From positions 807,393 through 831,392 of the forward strand of contig CAJUJH010000001.1 in the NCBI GenBank assembly GCA_910586855.1: a DNA stretch of 24,000 nt, in the 5' to 3' direction. Made by a program: the position numbers and the translations under genes. Below the pieces are notes generated by a model. That model did not search any database and was not told the origin of the DNA. It worked only from the letters and a program-made list of their open reading frames with translations. Shown here one piece after another: positions 6,925 through 14,456 of the stretch (its first letter is position 1; the number at the start of each line of letters is the position of its first letter). Source of the stretch: Candidatus Gastranaerophilales bacterium (lineage in GTDB: Bacteria; Cyanobacteriota; Vampirovibrionia; Gastranaerophilales; Gastranaerophilaceae).

Positions 6925-7704
6925 ATGCAAAGAAAAACTTATCTTCAATATTGTTTAAATAATAAAGGTAAAATTTCAAGGTGGATGTCAAATATGATGC
7001 CGCTTTCTTTTCATATTGCACCTTTTAGATGGTATAAATCCACCTCCCAATCTGATGCATATAAATATACGGGTCTTGTAATAGATGCACTTAATGCCTG
7101 GCAGAATGCTGCCGGTGGATGCATAGGTTTTAATGTAGTAAATGCTTTGATTGATTCCCACGTTAACCTTGAGTGGAAGCGTGTAGATAGAAAGTCATTA
7201 GGGCATTGTCAATTTCATTATGACCCAAACGGCAGATATTATTCAGCAGAAGTTAAAATAGGGCTGTCTGACGGTATTATTTGTAAAAAATATATGGATG
7301 AAGCTGAGGTTTATCATACTATCCTCCATGAAATCGGGCATGCCTTGGGTCTTGGGCACTCGCCTTATAAAGAAGATATTATGTACACTCCGCACCAATA
7401 TGGTATTGTAAAACTTTCTCAAAGAGATGTTCAAACTCTTCGCTGGCTTTATAAATTTGATATAGGAAAATCTCCTTCTGAAATTCTTGCTCAGTATCCA
7501 AATTCAGGAGCTAAGGATTTAGATGAACTTATTATGATATTATCCGGCGAGAAATCGGAATTTCAAAAAGTAAAAGACGGGCTTTCGTCTCGCCCGGGTA
7601 AAGATTTAATTCAAGAAAGCCAAAATATAGGCGACTTAAAAATGTATTTATTACAGGTTCATAATAATTTTGTTATACGAAAACCCGCTCCGCCAAAGGA
7701 ATAG
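6925..7704 (+). CDS. Matrixin-like metzincin zinc metalloprotease (peptidase M10-like); no signal peptide
   Basis: HEIGHALGLGHS (HExxHxxGxxH), then the Met-turn IMY, then LSQRDVQTLRWLY. The last matches the MMP-type L..DD..GIQ.LY motif. The start is uncertain. The ATG at 6925 has TGTTATAAT (6906-6914) 10 nt upstream and no SD. An internal ATG-ATG near 6993 follows AAGGTGG. Confidence 0.8.
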   Translation: MQRKTYLQYCLNNKGKISRWMSNMMPLSFHIAPFRWYKSTSQSDAYKYTGLVIDALNAWQNAAGGCIGFNVVNALIDSHVNLEWKRVDRKSLGHCQFHYDPNGRYYSAEVKIGLSDGIICKKYMDEAEVYHTILHEIGHALGLGHSPYKEDIMYTPHQYGIVKLSQRDVQTLRWLYKFDIGKSPSEILAQYPNSGAKDLDELIMILSGEKSEFQKVKDGLSSRPGKDLIQESQNIGDLKMYLLQVHNNFVIRKPAPPKE

Positions 7705-7736
7705 CGGATATTCTTAATAATTCAACAATATTGTGC

Positions 7737-7997
7737 TTACCCTGTCAGTGTGAAACCTTCTGGCAATTCTTCTTCTATCATTTTTACAAAATCAGATGCT
7801 TGCACTCCAAGTGCCTCTGAAAGCTTAAATACAGTTGTTAATTGCGGGTCCTTAAGACCGCGCTCAAGGCTATTTAAAAGTGATGTTGAAATTTCATATT
7901 CCATAGATAAAATATATAAGCTTTTATTGCCTCTGAGCTTTTTTAGGATTTTTCCTGCAGCAGTGCGTATTAGTTTTTTCTTATCTTCTTGTTGCAT
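7737..7997 (-). CDS. XRE/Cro-C1 family helix-turn-helix transcriptional regulator
   Basis: 86 aa. The HTH_3-like core is LRGNKSLYILSMEYEISTSLLNSLERGLKDPQLTTVFKLSEALGV. There is no SD. TATTAT (rc of 8005-8010) lies 7 nt before the ATG. Confidence 0.85.
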   Translation of the reverse strand: MQQEDKKKLIRTAAGKILKKLRGNKSLYILSMEYEISTSLLNSLERGLKDPQLTTVFKLSEALGVQASDFVKMIEEELPEGFTLTG

Positions 7998-8026
7998 TTT
8001 TTAAATAATAAGTTAAAATAAAATTA

Positions 8027-8044
8027 TCACGTTCACGAACGTGA
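8027..8044. promoter_or_regulatory. Perfect palindrome TCACGTTC-ac-GAACGTGA (candidate operator 1)
   Basis: 8-bp arms with a 2-nt centre, in the 116-nt divergent region between the XRE gene and the glycine-rich gene. Confidence 0.6.
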
Positions 8045-8051
8045 ATGAAAT

Positions 8052-8072
8052 AATTCACAAAGTTTGTGAATT
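8052..8072. promoter_or_regulatory. Perfect palindrome AATTCACAAA-g-TTTGTGAATT (candidate operator 2), overlapping the putative promoter of the glycine-rich gene
   Basis: 10-bp arms with a 1-nt centre. It overlaps TTCACA (8054-8059)-N16-TATAGA (8076-8081). It shares the GTGAAT half-site with operator 1. Confidence 0.6.
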
Positions 8073-8113
8073 AAGTATAGAGAAGCTGTTTATCGAAATT
8101 GGAGCTATTTTAA

Positions 8114-11100
8114 ATGAAAATTGTTTATCTAAAGCCTTTTAAAAGGTTACGTTCTTTTGCTGTACAAAAATTACAGTTTATATCTAAGGTGAAAAATCAA
8201 GGTCGCAGAGTGCAATTTATTGTATCGACATTGAAATTAGGATTAAGAAAATCCTTTGCCTTCTCCCTTGTTGAAATGCTTATGGCATTATTGGTAGCAT
8301 CGCTGCTTTTAGCAGCGCTTGCCCCTGTAATGACAAAGAGGATGACAGATAATGAAGTAAAAATAATATCAGAAGCAGCTAATTATGATAAAGATAGCGT
8401 AATAACTATTTTTACAGATGCATCTGAACAAAAAGAATTTAATATACCAACAGATGCAAGCAGAATAACATTAACAGCAGTAGGTGCAGGCGGTGCAGGC
8501 GGTAATGCATTATACGGTAATAAAGAATTTACAACAAGCGGAACATTTACCATACCAAACGATGTTAACAAGATAAGAGTATTTATGGTAGGTGCGGGAG
8601 GAGGCGGAGCTTCCGGAGGTATGGGAAATGGTATGGCATACGCTAATGTCCCTGCAATAGGAGCTGTTGAAACAACACTTACAAATGCCGGTACATATAC
8701 ACTTTCAGATGTTGTTACCATTCCAAATACATATACAGCACCTGTTCTAAATTCTTATTGTGATAAATTCAGTGCATTAAAAAAATGGGTAATGAAATCA
8801 AATACCTCAACACAAATAAATCCTGGAGCCAAAATTTCAAAAATTGATGGCAGTGCAATTGTCACATTTAATAAATTTACTGCATGCGGCGGAGGCGGAG
8901 GCGGGGGATATACTTCAGGCGGTATTGGTGCAAGCGGAGGAGGTTCTGGCGGATATGTAACAAATCAAACATTAGCCGCATCTGCTGCTGCCTCTGGTAT
9001 TAAATTTATAGTAGGTGCTGGTGGTAGTGGTGCGTTGCAAGCAAGCTATGGTCAGGGAGGTCCCGGCGGTGGCACGGGAGGTGCAGAAGGCGGAGGCAGG
9101 GGTGTACCTCAAGGTGGTCAGAATGGGACTAACGGTTCTGGCGGTCGCGGAGGTTATAGAACATACTCTGATATGTCAGGGGCACATGGGTTTTCGGGTT
9201 TTGGCGGCGGAGGTGGTGGCGGAACTGCAATATTATCTGACACAAGTGCAATTGCAGAAATTGGCGGCGGAGGTGGCGGTGCTGGTGGAACATGGGGTAG
9301 AAGTGATGGAACCATTTCTTCCAGCTTTATTTCTGGTGCTGGCGGCGGAGGCGGTGGACGTGGTGCTGGCGGCGGAGGCGGTTCATTAAGACTGCAAATG
9401 GTGAACGTTGGGTGTCAGGGACGTTCCGGTACAACAGGCGGTAATAATGGTAGTAGGGGTCTATGTGGTTTTGCACCCGATGATGGTGGTAGATATCCTG
9501 AACAGCAAGGCGGTGCAGGGTATGATGGTGGTGGCGGAGGCGGTGGAGGGGCATATTTAGATACCCCCTCTACAGAAGGGAGAACATGTACTGTGGCTAA
9601 TGGGTCTACGACATCAAGCGGTGCTGGTGGAGGTGGCGGTGGATTTACCTCACGAACCTATCCTGATGTTAGCCACGCATTTGGCGGTGGAGGGGGCGGG
9701 GGAAAAGGCGGACGCGGGGGAACCGGCGGTCCAGGCGGAGGTATTGGTGGCTCAATATCTACCATCTTTGGAAGCAGTAACTGCAATGGAGGCGATTCTG
9801 GAGTTGACGGTAAACCCGGTGCTATGCGTGTATGGTATTCTATTGCAGGTGTTACCAACGGTCTTCAGTGTGCATATTCTACCCAATCAAATGGCGGAGG
9901 CGGAGGTGGTGCAGGTCAAGTATGGATGGGTGAAATTAATGTAACGCCGGGGCAGACTATTACATTAAACATAGGACAAGGCGGTGCTGCTCAAAATATC
10001 GGCGGAGAAAACGGAAACGACGGTACACCAACAAGTATTGTTGTTAATGGTAATACATATTCTGTATCAGGCGGAAAAGGCGGAAAGTTTGAAAACGATA
10101 ATACATATATAGCTAATTCAGGAGGTCTTGGCGGCGGAATAAAAACCACTAATTATAGTTCTTCTGCTATATATAAAGATTGGCTTAAATTAAATGAAAA
10201 AGGAATAACTCTAACAGGAGGAAATAACGGCGGACAAGGATATCTAAAAACAGACAGTGAAAGCAGTGCAGGCGGAAATGGCGGAAGTGCATTAAAAATG
10301 GATGGTACTTATGCTGCAGGCGGTGTTGGCGGAGCTGCAGTTACCGGTGGTGCTAATTCAACAAATTATGGTACAGGCGGAGGCGGAGGAGGAGCAGGTA
10401 CTGATGGAACATTTGGAAACGGAGGCAGAGGTGCTAACGGATATATATACATTGAATGGGGTGGAACAAACGGAGGCGGAGGAACAAATGGTGAAATTGT
10501 TCAAAGAATACTTACCAACTTTGATATGAATGATAGAAAGATGTTAATAAATATTGGAAAAGGCGGAAGTAATTCATCAGGTGATGGTAATGGAGGCAAT
10601 ACAACAATTTCTGTTAAATCCGGAGGAAAAAACGTTGTTGTTACAGCAAGAGGAGGTATTAAAGGAAACATTGGCACATCTGACGCCAATACCCATGGAG
10701 CAGAAATGATATTTCCATCTGACTACAATAACCTATACAAGGACTTTGTTCAAAACAATCTGAATATTATTAACGGACAAAAAGGAATAAATGATTATGG
10801 CGGTATGGGCGGATATCTGGCTTGTATATATTATTCAAAGGACAAAGACGGTAACAGAGTATGCAATACATCTGTTGATTCCAATGATGGAGTTGAAGAA
10901 ACAGCAGGACCAACAAGACCCGGATGCGGAGGAAGCGCTATACCATCTCCGCTATATGAAGCCATCTGTAATGCTAAATCAACATCGGTATCTGCTGATG
11001 GAGGTAATGGAACCTTTGGCGGCGGAGGCGGCGGCGGAGCAGTATTAAACAGAATGGGAGGCAAAGGAGGCAATGGCGGCAATGGCTTTGTAATTCTTGA

Positions 11101-11119
11101 ATACAAGAGTGTACAATAG
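8114..11119 (+). CDS. Giant glycine-rich protein with a prepilin-type (class III) N-terminal signal and multiple glycine-rich, tail-fibre-like modules
   Basis: 1001 aa, with GGAG 9 nt upstream. The motif RKSFA|FSLVEMLMALLVASLLLAALAPV (8258-8329) fits [GAS]|[FM]xxxE with Glu at +5, followed by a hydrophobic helix. The rest repeats a beta-strand followed by a Gly run (ITLTAVGAGGAGG, IRVFMVGAGGGGASGG, KFTACGGGGGGG, IKFIVGAGGSGA, VTPGQTITLNIGQGGAA, GYIYIEWGG, GFVILEYK). Gly runs reach 7-8 residues. The leader is long (49 aa). Alternative starts at GTG (V33) or TTG (L40) are possible. Confidence 0.85.
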   Translation: MKIVYLKPFKRLRSFAVQKLQFISKVKNQGRRVQFIVSTLKLGLRKSFAFSLVEMLMALLVASLLLAALAPVMTKRMTDNEVKIISEAANYDKDSVITIFTDASEQKEFNIPTDASRITLTAVGAGGAGGNALYGNKEFTTSGTFTIPNDVNKIRVFMVGAGGGGASGGMGNGMAYANVPAIGAVETTLTNAGTYTLSDVVTIPNTYTAPVLNSYCDKFSALKKWVMKSNTSTQINPGAKISKIDGSAIVTFNKFTACGGGGGGGYTSGGIGASGGGSGGYVTNQTLAASAAASGIKFIVGAGGSGALQASYGQGGPGGGTGGAEGGGRGVPQGGQNGTNGSGGRGGYRTYSDMSGAHGFSGFGGGGGGGTAILSDTSAIAEIGGGGGGAGGTWGRSDGTISSSFISGAGGGGGGRGAGGGGGSLRLQMVNVGCQGRSGTTGGNNGSRGLCGFAPDDGGRYPEQQGGAGYDGGGGGGGGAYLDTPSTEGRTCTVANGSTTSSGAGGGGGGFTSRTYPDVSHAFGGGGGGGKGGRGGTGGPGGGIGGSISTIFGSSNCNGGDSGVDGKPGAMRVWYSIAGVTNGLQCAYSTQSNGGGGGGAGQVWMGEINVTPGQTITLNIGQGGAAQNIGGENGNDGTPTSIVVNGNTYSVSGGKGGKFENDNTYIANSGGLGGGIKTTNYSSSAIYKDWLKLNEKGITLTGGNNGGQGYLKTDSESSAGGNGGSALKMDGTYAAGGVGGAAVTGGANSTNYGTGGGGGGAGTDGTFGNGGRGANGYIYIEWGGTNGGGGTNGEIVQRILTNFDMNDRKMLINIGKGGSNSSGDGNGGNTTISVKSGGKNVVVTARGGIKGNIGTSDANTHGAEMIFPSDYNNLYKDFVQNNLNIINGQKGINDYGGMGGYLACIYYSKDKDGNRVCNTSVDSNDGVEETAGPTRPGCGGSAIPSPLYEAICNAKSTSVSADGGNGTFGGGGGGGAVLNRMGGKGGNGGNGFVILEYKSVQ

Positions 11120-11160
11120 ATGATTTAAACAATAACTTTACGATAAATAAACAACTTTTT

Positions 11161-11196
11161 AGGGGCGCGTTTGTAACCTTTGCGCCTCTTTTCTTT
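11161..11196 (+). terminator. Rho-independent terminator of the glycine-rich gene
   Basis: aggggcgc (11161-11168) pairs with gcgcctct (11182-11189), followed by TTTTCTTT. Confidence 0.7.
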
Positions 11197-11281
11197 ACTA
11201 TTCCTTATTAACACTATTTTGCAATGATGTTTTTTGTGACTAATGTTACAAATGAGGTTGGAATTATATTTAGGAGGCAAA

Positions 11282-11437
11282 ATGCAAGAACAAACAACAC
11301 AAAAAAACCTTATAAAAAGGGTTGAAATCTTAGGAGAGGCGGCGCAAACTGCACTTGAAGCAATTTTAGAAATTCAGGCAGAACAAAAACTTCTCACCTA
11401 TCTTCTTTTAGAAAAGGAGCCAGCAGATGAAAATTAG
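11282..11437 (+). CDS. Small (51-aa) helical acidic hypothetical protein
   Basis: AGGAGG (11272-11277) lies upstream of the ATG at 11282 (MQEQTTQKNLIKRVEILGEAAQTALEAILEIQAEQKLL..). The track ORF starts earlier (11243) without an RBS. Confidence 0.45.
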   Translation: MQEQTTQKNLIKRVEILGEAAQTALEAILEIQAEQKLLTYLLLEKEPADEN

Positions 11438-11465
11438 AGCCGGATTTTTAAACTGATGGCTAATT

Positions 11466-11487
11466 GGGGCTTTATATTTTAAGCCCC
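11466..11487. terminator. Bidirectional hairpin between the small ORF and the lepA 3' end
   Basis: ggggctt (11466-11472) pairs with aagcccc (11481-11487). It directly abuts the lepA stop codon (11488-11490). Confidence 0.55.
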
Positions 11488-13290
11488 TTATTCTTCATTC
11501 AGGCTCAAAACTGCCATAAATGCTTCCTGCGGAATATCTACCCTTCCAACAGATTTCATGCGCTTTTTACCTTTTTTCTGTTTTTCCAAAAGCTTGCGTT
11601 TGCGGGAAATATCGCCGCCATAGCATTTATCAAGTACATTTTTCCTTAATGCTTTAATGGTTGTTCTTGCTATAACGCGTCCGCCGACCGCTGCTTGAAT
11701 TGCAACTTCAAACATCTGTCTTGGAATAATATCTTTCAATTTGGCTGTGAGGTTTTGCCCGATTCTATATGCTGAATCCTTGTGGCATATAACAGAAAGG
11801 GCATCCACAACTTCTCCTGAGAGTAGAATATCCATTTTAACAAGGCTTGAACGTTTATAGCTGTGAAAATCATAGTCCATGCTGGCATAACCCTTAGAGC
11901 GGGATTTTAATTGGTCATAAAAATCCGTGATAACTTCGCTTAAAGGTATGTGATATTCAAGATTTACACGCGTTTTATCCAGATATTGCATATTTATAAA
12001 ATCACCGCGTTTACTTTGGCATAATTCCATAAGGGAACCCACGAAGTCTTTAGGGGTAAAAATATTTACACGAACATAAGGTTCTTCAATATAATCGCGA
12101 TATTGCGGGTCCGGCAGGTTGGCAGGGTTATCAATCTCAACCACTTCGCCATCTGTTTTATAAACTTTGTATATAACGGAAGGTGCTGTCGTAATTAGGG
12201 AAAGGTCATACTCGCGTTCCAGCCGCTCTTGTGCAATTTCCATATGAAGCATCCCAAGGAAACCGCACCTGAAACCAAAACCAAGAGCCGATGATGTTTC
12301 AGGCTCAAATGTTATGGAACTATCATTTAATTTTAATTTTTCCAATGCCTCTTTTAAGTCATGGTACTGGTCATTATCAACGGGATAAAGTCCTGAAAAT
12401 ACCATTGGTTTGGCTTCTTTATATCCTTCTAATGGTTTTGATGCCGGAAGTTCAGCGTTTGTAATGGTATCGCCTACAAATCTTGTTATTTCTTTAATAG
12501 AACCTGCAAAGTAGCCCACTTCCCCGGTTTTTAACTCATTTACCTGTACTCTGTTTGGGTTTAAATATCCAAGCTCAACAACTTCAAACTTTTTGCCCGT
12601 TGCCATAAACTGAACCGTATCGCCCATTTTAATTGAGCCGTCCATAACTTTAAAAAAGCATAGAGTGCCAAGATATTGGTCATAGGCGCTGTCAAAAACA
12701 AGTGCTCTTAATGGCTTGTCGGATGTATCATCCGGTGCAGGGATATATTCTACAACGGCCTCAAGCACTTCTTCAATACCAATTCCCTCTTTTGCACTTA
12801 CAGGAATTGCCATAGAGGCATCAATTCCAAGCACCTCTTCGATTTCATTTTTAACGCGTTCAACATCAGCAGACGGCAGGTCGATTTTATTAATGACGGG
12901 AATAATTTCAAGGTTTTGTTCAATCGCAAGATAAACATTTGCAAGGGTTTGCGCTTCAACCCCCTGTGTTGCATCTACTATTAAAAGTGCCCCTTCACAG
13001 GCTGCAAGCGACCTTGAAACCTCGTAAGAAAAATCTACATGCCCAGGGGTGTCAATCAAGTTTAAAATATATTCTTTACCATCTTTTGCTTTGTACTGCA
13101 TTTTCGCAGCGTTTAGTTTAATTGTAATTCCGCGCTCGCGCTCAATATCCATAGTATCTAAAAGCTGGTCTTGCATTTCTCTTTGAGAGATTGTTCCTGT
13201 TTTTTCAAGAAGCCTGTCTGCAAGCGTCGATTTACCATGGTCAATATGTGCAATTATGCTGAAATTTCTTATGTTTTCTATTTTTTTCAT
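11488..13290 (-). CDS. lepA: Translation elongation factor 4 (LepA)
   Basis: 600 aa. It has the GTPase motifs [25 protein letters not shown] and NKID, plus the LepA-specific C-terminal domain (..[22 protein letters not shown]..). Confidence 0.97.
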   Translation of the reverse strand: MKKIENIRNFSIIAHIDHGKSTLADRLLEKTGTISQREMQDQLLDTMDIERERGITIKLNAAKMQYKAKDGKEYILNLIDTPGHVDFSYEVSRSLAACEGALLIVDATQGVEAQTLANVYLAIEQNLEIIPVINKIDLPSADVERVKNEIEEVLGIDASMAIPVSAKEGIGIEEVLEAVVEYIPAPDDTSDKPLRALVFDSAYDQYLGTLCFFKVMDGSIKMGDTVQFMATGKKFEVVELGYLNPNRVQVNELKTGEVGYFAGSIKEITRFVGDTITNAELPASKPLEGYKEAKPMVFSGLYPVDNDQYHDLKEALEKLKLNDSSITFEPETSSALGFGFRCGFLGMLHMEIAQERLEREYDLSLITTAPSVIYKVYKTDGEVVEIDNPANLPDPQYRDYIEEPYVRVNIFTPKDFVGSLMELCQSKRGDFINMQYLDKTRVNLEYHIPLSEVITDFYDQLKSRSKGYASMDYDFHSYKRSSLVKMDILLSGEVVDALSVICHKDSAYRIGQNLTAKLKDIIPRQMFEVAIQAAVGGRVIARTTIKALRKNVLDKCYGGDISRKRKLLEKQKKGKKRMKSVGRVDIPQEAFMAVLSLNEE

Positions 13291-13397
13291 AGGAAAATTA
13301 TATTATAAAAAAATAAAATTTAAAAAATGAAAAACGAACGGTTTTTCTATTTTTCTCATAAGAAGATTATATTATAAAAAAATATAAAAATAAAATT
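13273..13397. repeat. Imperfect tandem duplication (~48 and ~57 nt, period ~68 nt) of the lepA promoter plus its first 6 codons
   Basis: Copy A is 13273-13320 and copy B is 13341-13397. On the minus strand the copies read ..TTTTTTTATAATATAATTTTCCTATGAAAAAAATAGAAAAC and ..TTTTTTTATAATATAATCTTCTTATGAGAAAAATAGAAAAAC. Copy B opens an 18-codon mini-ORF (13303-13359, minus). Confidence 0.8.
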
Positions 13398-13463
13398 GCA
13401 CAAAAATGCATTAAAGGATTTTACCCCGAATCGGGGTTTAGTATATTTTTATAGAAAACAGAT

Positions 13464-13745
13464 TTAATAATCTACATCGTGTCTGTGAAGTAAATTAACC
13501 TGGTTGTAGCCTTTTTGCCTTGCAATGTCGTTAAATTGCTTTATTGCTCCGCAGCTGTTTAAGCGGGCTCCGGCTAAAAAATAGCTGGCTTCTGCTTTTT
13601 GAAGACTTTTGTATTCTTTATCTTCACTAACTTCTATTGTGCTTTGAGTTTCGTAATTATCCAAAATATCTGCTGCACCGCTGCCGTATGGATTTACTGC
13701 CCTTGCCTCAATAAAGTTTGTTCTTTCAATCTGTAAGTTTGCCAT
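13464..13745 (-). CDS. Hypothetical protein (93 aa), no recognisable family
   Basis: ORF only. It is bracketed by its own intergenic regions, and a promoter-like TTGCAA-N17-ATATAC lies upstream on the minus strand. Confidence 0.45.
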   Translation of the reverse strand: MANLQIERTNFIEARAVNPYGSGAADILDNYETQSTIEVSEDKEYKSLQKAEASYFLAGARLNSCGAIKQFNDIARQKGYNQVNLLHRHDVDY

Positions 13746-13838
13746 CTTTACTATTTTACTCTTAATATCTCCTACATATATATTAAGTATATACTTTTAT
13801 AAAAATTGCTTGCAAAAGACACTTTGTAAAGAAATATT

Positions 13839-13864
13839 AAAAAACTCCACCAAATTTGGTGGAG
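13839..13864 (-). terminator. Rho-independent terminator of the PEBP-family gene
   Basis: Perfect 20-nt palindrome ctccaccaaatttggtggag (13845-13864), followed on the minus strand by T6 (13839-13844). Confidence 0.85.
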
Positions 13865-13890
13865 ATATAAATTTATATACAGCTCATTAT

Positions 13891-14445
13891 CTATTCTCTG
13901 CCGTATGTTGCACTTATTGTTGCACTTGCAAGGGCGTGTTTTTTAACTTGTCTTTCAATAGAATCAGGTGCACTGCCCGGTGTTGGTAAAAGTGCAGCTG
14001 ATTCAAGCGCATAAATTGTAAAATTATAACGGTGAACACCATGTCCTTTTGGCGGGCAGGCGCCCCCATAGGTAACAGAGCCAAAATCATTTTTTGCCTG
14101 AAGCATAGGGTGGTTTATTTGCTGCCCTTCTTTTAATTCCGTTATATTTGCAGGAATATTTAAAACAATCCAATGGTACCATCCTGTTGGGCGCGGTGCA
14201 TCCGGGTCATGCACAATTAATGCAAAGCTTTTAGTGCCTTTTGGTGCTCCTTGCCATTTTAAATGCGGGGATTTATTTCCGCCTGTACATCCAAAGTGAC
14301 TGTGTATTAAGGAATTAGGCATTGTATCATTATTTGAAAAATTATTTGATGTAATAATAAAGCTTTCAGCGTTTGAATTTTGCATAAAGAACACTCCTAA
14401 AATACTAATTATTGCTATTAAAAATAAATTTCTTAAAATATTCAT
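13891..14445 (-). CDS. YbhB/YbcL (PEBP / Raf-kinase-inhibitor-like) family protein with a signal peptide
   Basis: 184 aa. It has an N-terminal signal (LFLIAIISILGVFFMQNSNA|E) and the PEBP motifs HDPDAP, WYHWIVLNIP and GHGVHRYNFTIYAL. Confidence 0.85.
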   Translation of the reverse strand: MNILRNLFLIAIISILGVFFMQNSNAESFIITSNNFSNNDTMPNSLIHSHFGCTGGNKSPHLKWQGAPKGTKSFALIVHDPDAPRPTGWYHWIVLNIPANITELKEGQQINHPMLQAKNDFGSVTYGGACPPKGHGVHRYNFTIYALESAALLPTPGSAPDSIERQVKKHALASATISATYGRE

Positions 14446-14456
14446 TAAAATTTCCC

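Noticed and set aside
8880-9760. Repetitive GGC/GGA DNA considered as a CRISPR-like or satellite array
   Set aside because: There is no regular repeat-spacer periodicity. The repeats are codon-level (Gly) and lie within one continuous reading frame.
8383-11106. Multiple overlapping ORFs in other frames or on the other strand of the glycine-rich gene (8383-8721, 9015-9389, 9327-9554, 9600-9944, 9658-9858, 10302-10529, 10501-10689, 10791-11048, 10831-11106)
   Set aside because: These are by-products of GGN codon repeats. The repeats read as Pro-rich CCN on the opposite strand and as Ala/Val/Glu-rich sequence in shifted frames. None has an RBS, and all are nested within the 1001-aa ORF.
13423-13437. 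Hairpin accccgaatcggggt between lepA and the 93-aa gene
   Set aside because: The stem is short with a 3-nt loop. The T-rich tail is on the plus strand, where no gene ends. It cannot be assigned as the terminator of the minus-strand 93-aa gene.
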